64,000 bases of DNA from Desulfobacterales bacterium (GTDB taxonomy: Bacteria; Desulfobacterota; Desulfobacteria; Desulfobacterales; UBA2156), in NCBI GenBank assembly GCA_011049715.1, contig DRHF01000109.1, positions 1,379-65,378 on the forward strand, written 5' to 3'. The notes under the pieces were generated by a model that worked only from the letters and a program-made list of their open reading frames with translations, had not been told where the DNA came from and did not search any database. The translations under genes and the position numbers were made by a program. Shown one piece after another: positions 38,929 through 48,414 of this stretch (within the stretch, counting starts at the first letter, position 1; each line of letters starts with the position of its first letter).

Positions 38929-39206
38929 CTCAACTCGACTTCTCTTCCGACAGATAGGTCTCGAAGTCCTTTGAAATCCCTTTCAGATATCTCGATCCCT
39001 TCATCTTCAAACTTTCGTCGAAATTCCGAAATGGCATTCCAAAACCCAGTATATTTGCGGCTGAGCCGTTCATATTCTCGAATCGACAACAACATTGCAA
39101 CCGGTTTTCCTCGTCTGGTCAATTCAACATGTGGCCCTTTTTCGACATAATGGATAATTGTAGGAAGTCTATTTTTTGCTTCAGCTATGGAAAATTGCTT
39201 TTGCAT
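38925..39206 (-). CDS. Type II antitoxin, Phd/YefM family
   Basis: FSIAEAKNRLP, LTRRGKPVA; overlaps the toxin start. Confidence 0.92.
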   Translation of the reverse strand: MQKQFSIAEAKNRLPTIIHYVEKGPHVELTRRGKPVAMLLSIREYERLSRKYTGFWNAISEFRRKFEDEGIEISERDFKGLRDLSVGREVELR

Positions 39207-39242
39207 TATAACCACCTCTTTGACACGTTATATTTTTTGTCG

Positions 39243-39271
39243 ATTATAGCTATCTTTGTGGACATAAGCAA
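39243..39271 (-). promoter_or_regulatory. Sigma-70 promoter of TA module 2
   Basis: TTGCTT-17 bp-TATAAT on the reverse strand. Confidence 0.7.
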
Positions 39272-39489
39272 GAGAATAAAATGGTGTAAGGAACCGAGAC
39301 ATGTGGGAATCGGTGTCGCGTCCCAGATAAATAAAAGCAAAAACAGTTTAACGGGATAAATCTTGATTAGTGCATTAATCTCATTTTTATTATATCGTGT
39401 CCATCACCCTGCGGGTTCGCCTCTGGCGAATCCAATACCGTTTCACAGCGGAATTGCCCTTGAACTTGAATAAAAATCATCGTTTTTAA

Positions 39490-39670
39490 AGACCCATGCA
39501 GCCCCGATTGAGCGCGATCTTCGCTATGCTTCGACAAGCTGCAGGGAATCTTCCACTGATAAGGAAATTGTCTTATTTTAAGATTCGCTCGCTAACCCCG
39601 CAGCCCCGAATGTCTGGATCTTCGCTGCGCTTTAACAATCTACGGGGAATGCGCTCGCTGTTTCGTTCAT
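39490..39670. repeat. Palindrome-rich intergenic repeat (REP/MITE-like)
   Basis: Nested stems such as ACCCCGCAG...CTACGGGGAAT and repeated TCGCT units; single copy in window, ends unclear. Confidence 0.45.
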
Positions 39671-39687
39671 GGATTCTCACACTCAGT

Positions 39688-40104
39688 TCACTTTTTTTCT
39701 AATCTGTGTATAAAAGGCAACTTGATTTGATCAACTATAGTAATGATTTCAAATTCAGGATCTTTGTGAATGAGGGTAGCATTGTAAATAATCGCATGGG
39801 CCACAATGATAGAATCTGCTATGGATATCTGATGAACTGCTTTAATTTCCCCTCCTTTCAACAAAACAGGTTCAGTCAGTTCCGAAATGTGGTTCGCCTT
39901 GATACTCTTCAGGGTGGCATACCTCAATTGAGCTGCTTCAAGGCCCTGGTACTGAATGGTCTTGTAATAGACCTCAAATAAGACCATTGCAGGGAATATG
40001 ATTTTTTTTGTTCGTAAAATATTTTCGACAATATCGGCCCCTTCCTCATTGTCCATCATTGTCAGAATTGCCGATGTGTCGGGCAAAAAGAGGTTACTCT
40101 TCAA
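39688..40104 (-). CDS. Type II toxin, VapC (PIN domain)
   Basis: DTSAIL, EVYY, SIADSII, HKDPEF. Confidence 0.9.
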   Translation of the reverse strand: MKSNLFLPDTSAILTMMDNEEGADIVENILRTKKIIFPAMVLFEVYYKTIQYQGLEAAQLRYATLKSIKANHISELTEPVLLKGGEIKAVHQISIADSIIVAHAIIYNATLIHKDPEFEIITIVDQIKLPFIHRLEKK

Positions 40105-40324
40105 GCCTTTTATCCTCCTGTCTGTCTTTCAGCAGGCTCTGGGTAAGCTTTTCTCCTTCAGAGCAACCACGCAAAGCTCCCACAGGATCTTTCGGCAGTA
40201 GAATTAGCTTTATAACAGATCCGGTATCTATCCAAGCCACCCTTGCACCGGTGGTGATTCCATATTTTCTTCTTAATGCCACAGGAACAACCACCTGCCC
40301 TTTTTTTGTTATTACTGATTCCAT
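40094..40324 (-). CDS. AbrB/MazE-type antitoxin (VapB)
   Basis: ITKKGQVVVPVALRRKYGI swapped-hairpin motif. Confidence 0.92.
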   Translation of the reverse strand: MESVITKKGQVVVPVALRRKYGITTGARVAWIDTGSVIKLILLPKDPVGALRGCSEGEKLTQSLLKDRQEDKRLEE

Positions 40325-40362
40325 TTATTATACCTTTTTATTAAATTATCTTACTTTTTCTA

Positions 40363-40391
40363 ATAATATAGGAATAATTATCAAACGTCAA
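40363..40391 (-). promoter_or_regulatory. Sigma-70 promoter of TA module 3
   Basis: TTGACG-17 bp-TATTAT on the reverse strand. Confidence 0.72.
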
Positions 40392-40436
40392 CTATGTTTA
40401 TGGAGAGCTTTGCACAACCCTCTAAAATTCTCCGGG

Positions 40437-40565
40437 TTCCCTCCAAAGGGAAAATAGCTAAGAAATCACCCTAAAATTATTTTAGCTTACTGATAATACT
40501 TGATATAATATACATTTTATAAAAGTTTTTCTTTTCAAATATGCATATGAGAGGAAAACATGGGG
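40437..40565. repeat. Diverged ~130-bp direct repeat, copy 1
   Basis: Shares AGCTAAGAAATCACC, TAAAATTATTTTA, CTGATAATAC and GAGGAAAACATGGG with 42606-42733. Confidence 0.85.
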
Positions 40566-40822
40566 GTTGCCATTGTATAAGGTGGTGAAGTGCGCCCGGA
40601 ATGATAAAATCGGGCAAAACACCTCAAAAGAAACCCAATGCGAGGCCGATATACAATAAAGTTCATGAAAATTTGCAGATTTTTGAGCATATTGGAATCG
40701 AACGAAATTCACCGACGGACAGTTCGATCTGGCATGGAGTTTTGTGGTATAGACAGAGCTGCATCATCCACCGGAGGCAGGTGTCAGGGTAGTTATACTT
40801 GTGAGTTTGTCTCTTTTGAAAA

Positions 40823-42577
40823 TCAAAATTGTTTTGAATCGGGAAGCAAAACTTCTGAAATCTTAATATAGGTATATGGAGTTATACGAATTTTTTTAAG
40901 TTCTTTGGTTTGAAACTCTTTATTTAGAACGGTGCGTTTGTAAATTTTTTCTGAATCACTATGATATCTTTGAATGGCAACAATCTTGTTAATCTGGCGG
41001 GAGGAATATATTTTTCTCAATTGGTTATTGACAGCTGAATAACTTAACGCACTGTAATCATGTATGATATATAAATTTGGTTGTTCGGCAACAATTAAAG
41101 GATACTGCTTTTTCTTATAATGCTCATTTAAAAATGCCATAACTTGTCCGTATTCATACTGGAGAGACAAACCATTAATAATCCTTTGCTGTATTCCATA
41201 TGGCCAGTAAATCAACAAATGAAATAGGAAAAAAATACTCAATACCAAATGGGAGGATCGACGTTTATGAAATAATGTATGAATGCAAAATATAGTACAG
41301 AAAATTATATACGGTAAAAAAATTAATGCCAAACGGTTATCCATTGGAATTTTAAAATTCCCCCAATAAAAAGAAGTGATAATACCGAATAACACAACGC
41401 ATGAGCTCCCTCCACTGGCAACAAGTTTTTTAAAAGGAAGATCAACTTCTTTGGTGACGAATATCCTCTTTAATATGAAATAAAATCCAAATATTGCTAA
41501 TATTGCAATTACGGGTGAAAAACCCAAGTTTGGATCTAATCCCAAAAGCACCCATATATTATCATGAAAATTTTGAAACAGATTGGTCAGGCTAAATATT
41601 TGCTCCGCTTTTTCAAAAGTGACCTGTCCAATCTTATTTATTTCAGGCATATTCAGAAAAATACGTCGCTGCCAAAATACAGGAACAAATAAAAATGGCA
41701 TTATATATATACAAAACGTATATCGACTACCTTCATTTTTTACAGGCAACCTGAAAAAAAACGGTATTAATAATAAAAAAATTATCGATTCATACCTACA
41801 TTGTGCGAGTAATACAAAAGTTGCACAGAGCAATTCAATATATCTTATGTCCTTACGAATAAATATTTCATACATTATAAAAAAACTGAAAATGATAAAA
41901 AACAGATTTAAAGACTCAAATCCGCTTGAAGTAATACTCATAACATAAACGGGAAACGATGATAGTATTAGTATTGATAACATACCGAAAAACGGATTAA
42001 ACAACCTTGTAAAGAACAAAAATAGAAAAAATAATGAAAAAATACTTAATATAAAATTCAGTATAAATCCGTTGTTAGGGCTATACCCGGAAAGAGTATG
42101 GATTAAAGATACAAGAAAAGGGAATAGGACTGGCCGTTTATCAATAGTTTTAGAATATTCCGGTCTTGCATAATCAGCGTATAATCCCTCAATGGGGAGA
42201 GAAGTCTCCTTATCCTGAAACATCATCATCGAAACACCGATCAAATTTGTCTCATCAGATAAAATTTTAAACTGGGGAGGGGATATGATGAAAATGATTA
42301 CCGTTATTAAGATAGATAATAACAAGCCTGAAAGATGATGATAATTAAAAAATTTGATTTTTTTGTAATAAATACGGAAAAAAAGAAATATCCAAATGAC
42401 AAATGCAACTAGTATGAAAAAATACGCAAAATTCTGAAATAGTAATTTTAAAAGACCAATCGATGGCATTATACCCAGAAAAATTGATGCTGCCATCGCA
42501 GCGGTAAAGTATAAAAATCCACGACGGAAAAACATTTTTATAGAAGAAAATAGAATTAGAATTCGAGACCTTTGCAT
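40823..42577 (-). CDS. AT-rich multi-pass membrane protein, probable GT-C glycosyltransferase
   Basis: ILSDETNL acidic pair, KRP.LFP.LVS, RYE, R after late TM; more than 12 hydrophobic segments. Confidence 0.6.
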   Translation of the reverse strand: MQRSRILILFSSIKMFFRRGFLYFTAAMAASIFLGIMPSIGLLKLLFQNFAYFFILVAFVIWIFLFFRIYYKKIKFFNYHHLSGLLLSILITVIIFIISPPQFKILSDETNLIGVSMMMFQDKETSLPIEGLYADYARPEYSKTIDKRPVLFPFLVSLIHTLSGYSPNNGFILNFILSIFSLFFLFLFFTRLFNPFFGMLSILILSSFPVYVMSITSSGFESLNLFFIIFSFFIMYEIFIRKDIRYIELLCATFVLLAQCRYESIIFLLLIPFFFRLPVKNEGSRYTFCIYIMPFLFVPVFWQRRIFLNMPEINKIGQVTFEKAEQIFSLTNLFQNFHDNIWVLLGLDPNLGFSPVIAILAIFGFYFILKRIFVTKEVDLPFKKLVASGGSSCVVLFGIITSFYWGNFKIPMDNRLALIFLPYIIFCTIFCIHTLFHKRRSSHLVLSIFFLFHLLIYWPYGIQQRIINGLSLQYEYGQVMAFLNEHYKKKQYPLIVAEQPNLYIIHDYSALSYSAVNNQLRKIYSSRQINKIVAIQRYHSDSEKIYKRTVLNKEFQTKELKKIRITPYTYIKISEVLLPDSKQF

Positions 42578-42605
42578 AACCTCCACATTTATACTATCAG
42601 ATGAA

Positions 42606-42733
42606 TTCCCTCCTAAGGAAAACCAGCTAAGAAATCACCGTAAAATTATTTTAACCTTCTGATAATACATGGCATAACGTATATTTTATGATAGTTTTTC
42701 CTCTCAAATACGCATACGGGAGGAAAACATGGG
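42606..42733. repeat. Diverged ~130-bp direct repeat, copy 2 (5' region of the membrane-protein gene)
   Basis: See copy 1. Confidence 0.85.
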
Positions 42734-42934
42734 ATACAGTTTACGTTGTTGACAAATTGTACAAACTTTTCTTAAAAGGTTGTGTGTGAAAAAAAGGAGA
42801 TGGTCATGATTTTATGCATATTTCATATTGAACCGCTAAGACGCTAAGGGCGCTAAGGGTTTTTCTGCTTTGATGGCACAAACCCCAAGTGATATCCTGA
42901 AAATTGTGAAAACAGCGAAATACTTCAATGTACT

Positions 42935-42976
42935 CCTGCCTGCCCCGTGGAATGCGAAGCCTATTCCTCTGGGGTG
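42935..42976. repeat. REP-like hairpin element
   Basis: CCTGCCCCGTGGAAT...ATTCCTCTGGGGT; related inverted copy ACCCCAGTGAAAT...ATTTCACGGGGCAGG at ~44551-44602. Confidence 0.55.
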
Positions 42977-43077
42977 GCTAAAATCCTTATCTTCCTTGAT
43001 CTTGCGAAAACTATCTCATTTCTGGATGGACACTAGCACGTTAGCGCTTATGGAGTGCAGCTCTGGCCCCTATGTTT

Positions 43078-44316
43078 TCAAAAATAGTGGACTGGAATTT
43101 GCATAATATTTTCGGCCAAAAATTCTATTTTATCTGAGTTGTTTACTAATATCCCCAAATGAGCATTAGTATCTTTTATAAAATTCTTCAATGCCGTCAG
43201 CATCCCTTTTTTAATTTTATAGCCCAGTTTGATCTCAATCGGGATAACACCAAAAGGAGCGTCTATAATAAGATCTATCTCTGATTTGTCTCTGGTTCTG
43301 TAAAAATAAAAATCGATACCTGCTGTTAATGTGCACTGAAACCCTCTTATAATTTCTTCTACAACAAAAGATTCAAATGAAAAACCTGCCACAGGGTGGA
43401 TTAATAAGTTATCAAGACCATTAATTTTCAAGAGATGGTGCAGTATCCCCTGGTCACGGAAAAAACCTTTGGGCATCTTTTGCACTTTCTTTAATTTATT
43501 TTTTTCATAACTTCTCAGATTTCGCCATATAAATGTATTATGAATTATTTCCAGATACTCTTTTGCGGTAACGGAGCTGACCTCCAATGCCCTGGCTATG
43601 TCTGACTGATTAATAATTTTACCTGAGTGAAAGGACAGAGTCTGGATAAAAAGACGAAAATTATGAGGGTTGATTCTGGGGAAAAGGCGTTGAATATCTC
43701 TCCTGATATAATCCGAGAAATATTCATCCATCCATAAACCGTGAAACTCCGGAGTATCACAACCTCTTATCCTGGGCTCCGGGTAACCACCTAACTGCCA
43801 ATGGTCGTATATCTGCTTGACATCCAACTCCGGCTTTAAACCTGAAATCAGATCTAAATCCGGGTTATTCTGAGAAATCAGAGAGTAAATTTGCGAAAGA
43901 GGTTTGTCATAAAATTCTGCTGCCTTAAATGGCCAAAGTTCAATAGTTGCAATTCGCCCAGCCATGCTTTCGGACAGCCCTTTGACTATCTCAGGCGAAC
44001 TTGATCCGGTAAGTAAAAATCTGCCGACTGCTTTTCTGTCCTGGTCAATGACACCCCTTAATGCCTTGAATAATTCCGGGTATTGCTGGGCCTCATCAAT
44101 GATAGTTTTTTCACTTTGCCTGACAAAAAAACCTAATGGATCACTTGTTATTAGTTGATAGTCATCCGGTCTTTCCAGATCATAGTATTTCCAATCCGGA
44201 CGTAGTTTTTTAACCAGTGTTGATTTTCCACATTGCCGTGAGCCAATAATGGCAACAACAGGGAACATATCCAAAAGCCGGTCTATTTTTTGCTCGATCA
44301 ATCTTTTTTTATACAT
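43078..44316 (-). CDS. AAA_14 ATPase with C-terminal DUF4143 domain
   Basis: GSRQCGKST Walker A, IIDEAQ Walker B, LTGSS, GGYP, FYRTRDKSEIDLI...IEIK. Confidence 0.9.
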   Translation of the reverse strand: MYKKRLIEQKIDRLLDMFPVVAIIGSRQCGKSTLVKKLRPDWKYYDLERPDDYQLITSDPLGFFVRQSEKTIIDEAQQYPELFKALRGVIDQDRKAVGRFLLTGSSSPEIVKGLSESMAGRIATIELWPFKAAEFYDKPLSQIYSLISQNNPDLDLISGLKPELDVKQIYDHWQLGGYPEPRIRGCDTPEFHGLWMDEYFSDYIRRDIQRLFPRINPHNFRLFIQTLSFHSGKIINQSDIARALEVSSVTAKEYLEIIHNTFIWRNLRSYEKNKLKKVQKMPKGFFRDQGILHHLLKINGLDNLLIHPVAGFSFESFVVEEIIRGFQCTLTAGIDFYFYRTRDKSEIDLIIDAPFGVIPIEIKLGYKIKKGMLTALKNFIKDTNAHLGILVNNSDKIEFLAENIMQIPVHYF

Positions 44317-44354
44317 TATTTTTAAATGCTACCTTTAAAAATGATGGCTGTCAA
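44317..44354 (-). promoter_or_regulatory. Sigma-70 promoter with overlapping inverted repeat
   Basis: TTGACA-17 bp-TAGCAT, 9 nt before the ATG; ATTTTTAAA-N7-TTTAAAAAT palindrome spans the -10 box. Confidence 0.65.
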
Positions 44355-44849
44355 GCAGAAAGCACATATCAAAAACTACTGGATGAAATTACTTAAGAAA
44401 TATGGAATGAGATTTAGGGGACATCCTTCACTAATTAATGCTCATCCACGACTTTAAAATAAATAATATGGCAATGGTGAAGAACGCTGTTGCATTATGA
44501 ACTTATGAACCGCTAAGTCGCGAAGGGTCCCAGTACCATCTGCCCGAGCTACCCCAGTGAAATACGCTACGCTGTCACTGACGTGAATTTCACGGGGCAG
44601 GCGGAGCAGGCGCAAAGGGGGCTTTTTGTTGGTGAATCAAATGAAAACAATAAATCAGCACTCTTCCCTTTTGTTCTACAAGGTGTGGGCTCTTTTGGGC
44701 AGGAGGCTTGGATTTGGTCAAAAAAGCGCATTTTTAAAAGGTCTCAAATACAAGATGCTGTTTATTGATCGATCAGAAATGCAGACATAGCTCCGCCCCT
44801 TAAGTTAAATAGGCATAGTTGATGTAACTTATTGATATATCTATTTAAT

Positions 44850-45443
44850 TTATGAGTGTAGGGCAATAGGTTTTTTTAAGGGCTTCCCGATTCCGCTATG
44901 TTTCTTTGCTTCCCAGATCAACAGCCATGGTCGATTTTTCATCTTTGCATGAAAACTTTCGAACTCGTCTTTTCCCAGCACCAAAGATCGTATCTTACGT
45001 TTGATGTATCGTTCAGTTTTTCTGCTCAAATCGTTAAGATGATATTCGTCGATATCCCCAACCAACAAGAGATCGATGATGCCAGTATCTTTACCCTCTG
45101 CATAGTCATCGATCAGATACGCCCGTTCGAGATCGCCCAGTCTCATTACGATGCTGTCTATCACCTGATCGATCCCCATCACCTTGCTGACCATCGATTT
45201 AAGTTCCGGAAAAAGGGAGTGTTTCGTATTGGCCATATAATAGATCTGCCGACCGTTTTTCTCAGATTTGAGCAGATCGGTCTTCGTCAATTGGTTAAGT
45301 TCTTCACGCACGGAATTGGTAGAAACGTCAAATTCCTTGGCCAATTCTCTCAAATAAGACTTGGCCTGCGGATTAAAGAAAAGGCGGATCAGCAGTTTAA
45401 TCCTTGTCTTTGAAGCGATAAGACCTGATAAAAGATTGTCCAA
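44850..45443 (-). CDS. Winged-HTH regulator fused to a nucleotidyltransferase-like domain
   Basis: SKTRIKLL.RLF, YLRELAKEF, VREEL wHTH; DYAEGKDTGIIDLLLVG resembles an NTase motif; TTG start. Confidence 0.8.
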   Translation of the reverse strand: MDNLLSGLIASKTRIKLLIRLFFNPQAKSYLRELAKEFDVSTNSVREELNQLTKTDLLKSEKNGRQIYYMANTKHSLFPELKSMVSKVMGIDQVIDSIVMRLGDLERAYLIDDYAEGKDTGIIDLLLVGDIDEYHLNDLSRKTERYIKRKIRSLVLGKDEFESFHAKMKNRPWLLIWEAKKHSGIGKPLKKPIALHS

Positions 45444-45457
45444 TATGTTTACCTTTT

Positions 45458-45501
45458 TGAGTAGTTTTATTACTCATAATATGATCATAATTCTGTGTCA
45501 A
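45458..45501 (-). promoter_or_regulatory. Promoter with palindromic operator
   Basis: TGAGTA-N7-TACTCA at 45458-45476; TTGACA on the reverse strand at 45496-45501. Confidence 0.6.
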
Positions 45502-45834
45502 GATTTTTTTTGATAAAATTGAATTTTCGGGTGAATTTTAACCTTTTCCAAAAGGTGGGTTATAATTGAGTATTGAAAAGATTAATCGAGACTTCTTTGA
45601 ATTGTATTTGGTTCCATTGCACACCCCGTTCACAAGCCTCTTTATCTGTTTGGCGTTGGCACAACTTTTTCATTCCTTGACAAAAAAGACAGCCCTTTAA
45701 TATCTTTATTCAGGGTGTATGGCCCACTTTATATTAGATTTTTTTTAACGCACTATCGGTGGTTTCAGCCCGACAAGAGAAGTGGTTATAGAAAAAAAGA
45801 TCTGATTTAAGCCGAAATAGCGCGTGTATGCTTC

Positions 45835-46218
45835 TCAGTTGATATCTGTCAAACGGGTAATTCGAATTGTTGAACCGTTTGATACGGCTTTGAGCGGTTC
45901 TGTATCATCGATGACTTGCCCGACAATATTGACCGGGCTGTACGCCCTTGGTTTTTCACCGGTGCTGACCGGGGTGCGCCCAAAAAAAATGCAAAGTGCA
46001 CTGCCGACCGGCCAGTAGGCCAGGGTCCCGACTTCAACCTCCTCCCGGGCATCCGATGCCTGGTCAGCGGAAACGGGGATATCAAAATAGATCTCCTCTC
46101 CCCAGACATTTACCGTCCCTTCAATCGGCAGAGCTTCGGATATCTTTTGCGCTGTTTCGGAATCATTGAGTTCGGCTAAAAACGACACACCTTCCACTGA
46201 AATGGTGATTTGATTCAT
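45835..46218 (-). CDS. Cyclophilin-like fold protein (TM1367/DUF369 type)
   Basis: ALPI...WGEEIYF, GTLAYWP.G.ALCIFFGRTP, SPVNIVG. Confidence 0.85.
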   Translation of the reverse strand: MNQITISVEGVSFLAELNDSETAQKISEALPIEGTVNVWGEEIYFDIPVSADQASDAREEVEVGTLAYWPVGSALCIFFGRTPVSTGEKPRAYSPVNIVGQVIDDTEPLKAVSNGSTIRITRLTDIN

Positions 46219-46541
46219 TTTTTTTCCCTCATAATTGGTTTAAAATGGGTTAAACTTGAATATTGCATGAAAATTTTTCGATACCTTGATCTCCGATTCG
46301 TAATTACGGTAACATATATTCAGGCAAACAAAAAGCATTTCACCGCCCGTTCGCTTCGCTCCCTCAAGACACAAAGAACGCTGAGAGGGTCTTTCTTTTA
46401 TCCATCAATATAGTTCGAGGTTTAAGTTATTAATTAAGCTATTGAGACAATTCCAGAATCGATCCATTTTTGCTTGACTATGAAAAAATGTAGCTGTAAT
46501 GTAGCTTCTATTTCGATTCGCAAACCAAAAAGGATACAGTT

Positions 46542-48395
46542 ATGCACAAATTACTTCAGGATCATCCGGGCCAAAAAATACTTCTTCTCGGGAATGAATC
46601 GATTGCTCGAGGAGCGATCGAGGCAGGTGTTGCGGTGGCGACCACCTATCCGGGAACACCATCCTCTGAAATCTCGATGAACTTTTTCCAGGTGGCACAG
46701 GAAAGCGACCTCTATTTTGAATACAGCACCAATGAAAAGGTCGCGCTCGAGGTGGCGGCAGCAGCGGCAAACACCGGCGTCCGCAGCATGTGCGTGATGA
46801 AGCACGTTGGGGTCAATGTGGCCGCTGACCCGCTGTTGACGCTCGCCTATATCGGCGTCAAGGCGGGCTTGGTGCTGCTAACAGCAGATGATCCGTATAT
46901 GTTTTCGAGCCAGAACGAACAGGACAACCGGTATTACGGAAAGCTGGCCGGGCTTCCGGTGATCGAACCCTCTTCCGTTGAGGAAGCAAAGGAAATGGTT
47001 CCATACGCCTTTGACCTCTCAGAGACCCTCGGAGAGCCGGTCATCATGAGAACCACCACGCGGATCAATCACTCCACCGGTCCCGTTGTCCTGGGAAAAA
47101 TCAAAAAGATCAACTCCAAGGGCAATTACACAAAGGATCCTTTTAACCAGGTTCCGATTCCAGCGGTGGCCAGAAAACTGCATAAAAGGTTGTTGGACAA
47201 TCTTGAAAAAGCCGAAAAAATCGCCGAAAATTCTCCCCATAATTTTATCATCGGGACTGGCGCCTGGGGGATCGTATGCAACGGGGTCAGCTATAATTAT
47301 GTTCGTGATGCTGTAAGGGATCTGGGGATTAAAACAGAAAGCAAAATACTTCGCATCGGCTTTTCACACCCCCTCCCCCTTCGTTTGATCAAGGATTTCT
47401 TAAAAGGATGCGAAAAGGTGCTGGTGGTCGAAGAAGGCGAGCCGTTTATGGAGGAGACTTTGAAGGCTTTTGCCCAGGAGGAGGGGTTGACGCTGAAAAT
47501 TAACGGGAAAGGGGAAGGTCTTTTCACGCGACTCTATGAGTTCAACCCCGGGCAGGTGAGGCAATCGATCGCAACATATTACGGTATCGATTATACACCA
47601 AAAGCGCTCCTCGATCTTTCCGACATTCCGGAAATTCCACAGCGGCCGCCAAACCTCTGTCCCGGGTGTTCCCACCGGGCCACCTACCATGAAGTGAAGA
47701 TGGCGGCCAAGGGCATGGAAACCATTTATCCAACCGACATCGGATGCTATACCCTCGGCATTCTCCCTCCGCTCTCCATGGCAGATTTTCTATTATGCAT
47801 GGGCTCTTCTGTGGGCACATCATGCGGTTTTTCAAAAACCACGGATAAGAAAGTCATCGCTTTTATCGGGGATTCCACTTTCTTTCATTCCGGAATATCC
47901 GGTTTGGTTAATGCCGTCTTCAACAACCATAACTTTACACTGGTCATCCTGGATAACGGCACGACGGCCATGACCGGGCATCAGCCCAATCCGGGTGTCG
48001 ATATGAACATTTTGAATCTCAGCAGATATGGCCGTGTCTCCATAGAAGCGGTGGTTCGGGGAATCGGGGTATCCCATGTCACCACCATCAAACCGTACAA
48101 GGTGAAAAAAAGCATCGAAGCCATACGGGAAGCCTTGAATTATAATGGGGTTTCCGTGGTCATTGCCGAGGAAATATGTGTTCTGTATGCAAAACAACTT
48201 AAAATAGCGAAGGGAAAACCGTTTGAGGTCACTGGAAAATGTAAAAATCACAGAAACTGTTTGAATGAGATTGCATGTCCTGCGTTTTATATAAGGAACG
48301 ATCAGGTGAAAATCGATCCTGACCTCTGCACCGGTTGCGCGGTCTGCGCGCAGATCTGCCCGGAAAATGCAATTTTACCCATAAAAGCAAAATGA
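46542..48395 (+). CDS. iorA: Indolepyruvate:ferredoxin oxidoreductase alpha subunit
   Basis: YPGTPSSE, MKHVGVNVAAD, SSQNEQD, LCPGCSH, IGDSTFFHSG TPP motif, C-terminal ferredoxin. Confidence 0.96.
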   Translation: MHKLLQDHPGQKILLLGNESIARGAIEAGVAVATTYPGTPSSEISMNFFQVAQESDLYFEYSTNEKVALEVAAAAANTGVRSMCVMKHVGVNVAADPLLTLAYIGVKAGLVLLTADDPYMFSSQNEQDNRYYGKLAGLPVIEPSSVEEAKEMVPYAFDLSETLGEPVIMRTTTRINHSTGPVVLGKIKKINSKGNYTKDPFNQVPIPAVARKLHKRLLDNLEKAEKIAENSPHNFIIGTGAWGIVCNGVSYNYVRDAVRDLGIKTESKILRIGFSHPLPLRLIKDFLKGCEKVLVVEEGEPFMEETLKAFAQEEGLTLKINGKGEGLFTRLYEFNPGQVRQSIATYYGIDYTPKALLDLSDIPEIPQRPPNLCPGCSHRATYHEVKMAAKGMETIYPTDIGCYTLGILPPLSMADFLLCMGSSVGTSCGFSKTTDKKVIAFIGDSTFFHSGISGLVNAVFNNHNFTLVILDNGTTAMTGHQPNPGVDMNILNLSRYGRVSIEAVVRGIGVSHVTTIKPYKVKKSIEAIREALNYNGVSVVIAEEICVLYAKQLKIAKGKPFEVTGKCKNHRNCLNEIACPAFYIRNDQVKIDPDLCTGCAVCAQICPENAILPIKAK

Positions 48396-48414
48396 AAAAG
48401 ACGGGACTTTTATA

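Noticed and set aside
42828-42860. Short tandem repeats CGCTAAG x3 (also GACAGGAT near 17117 and CGCAAAG near 5912) as CRISPR or VNTR
   Set aside because: Units are 7-9 bp with no spacers and no cas genes; they look like common low-complexity intergenic motifs.
45600-45830. Possible small RNA or tRNA behind TTGACA at ~45677
   Set aside because: No cloverleaf, terminator or recognisable RNA family motif.
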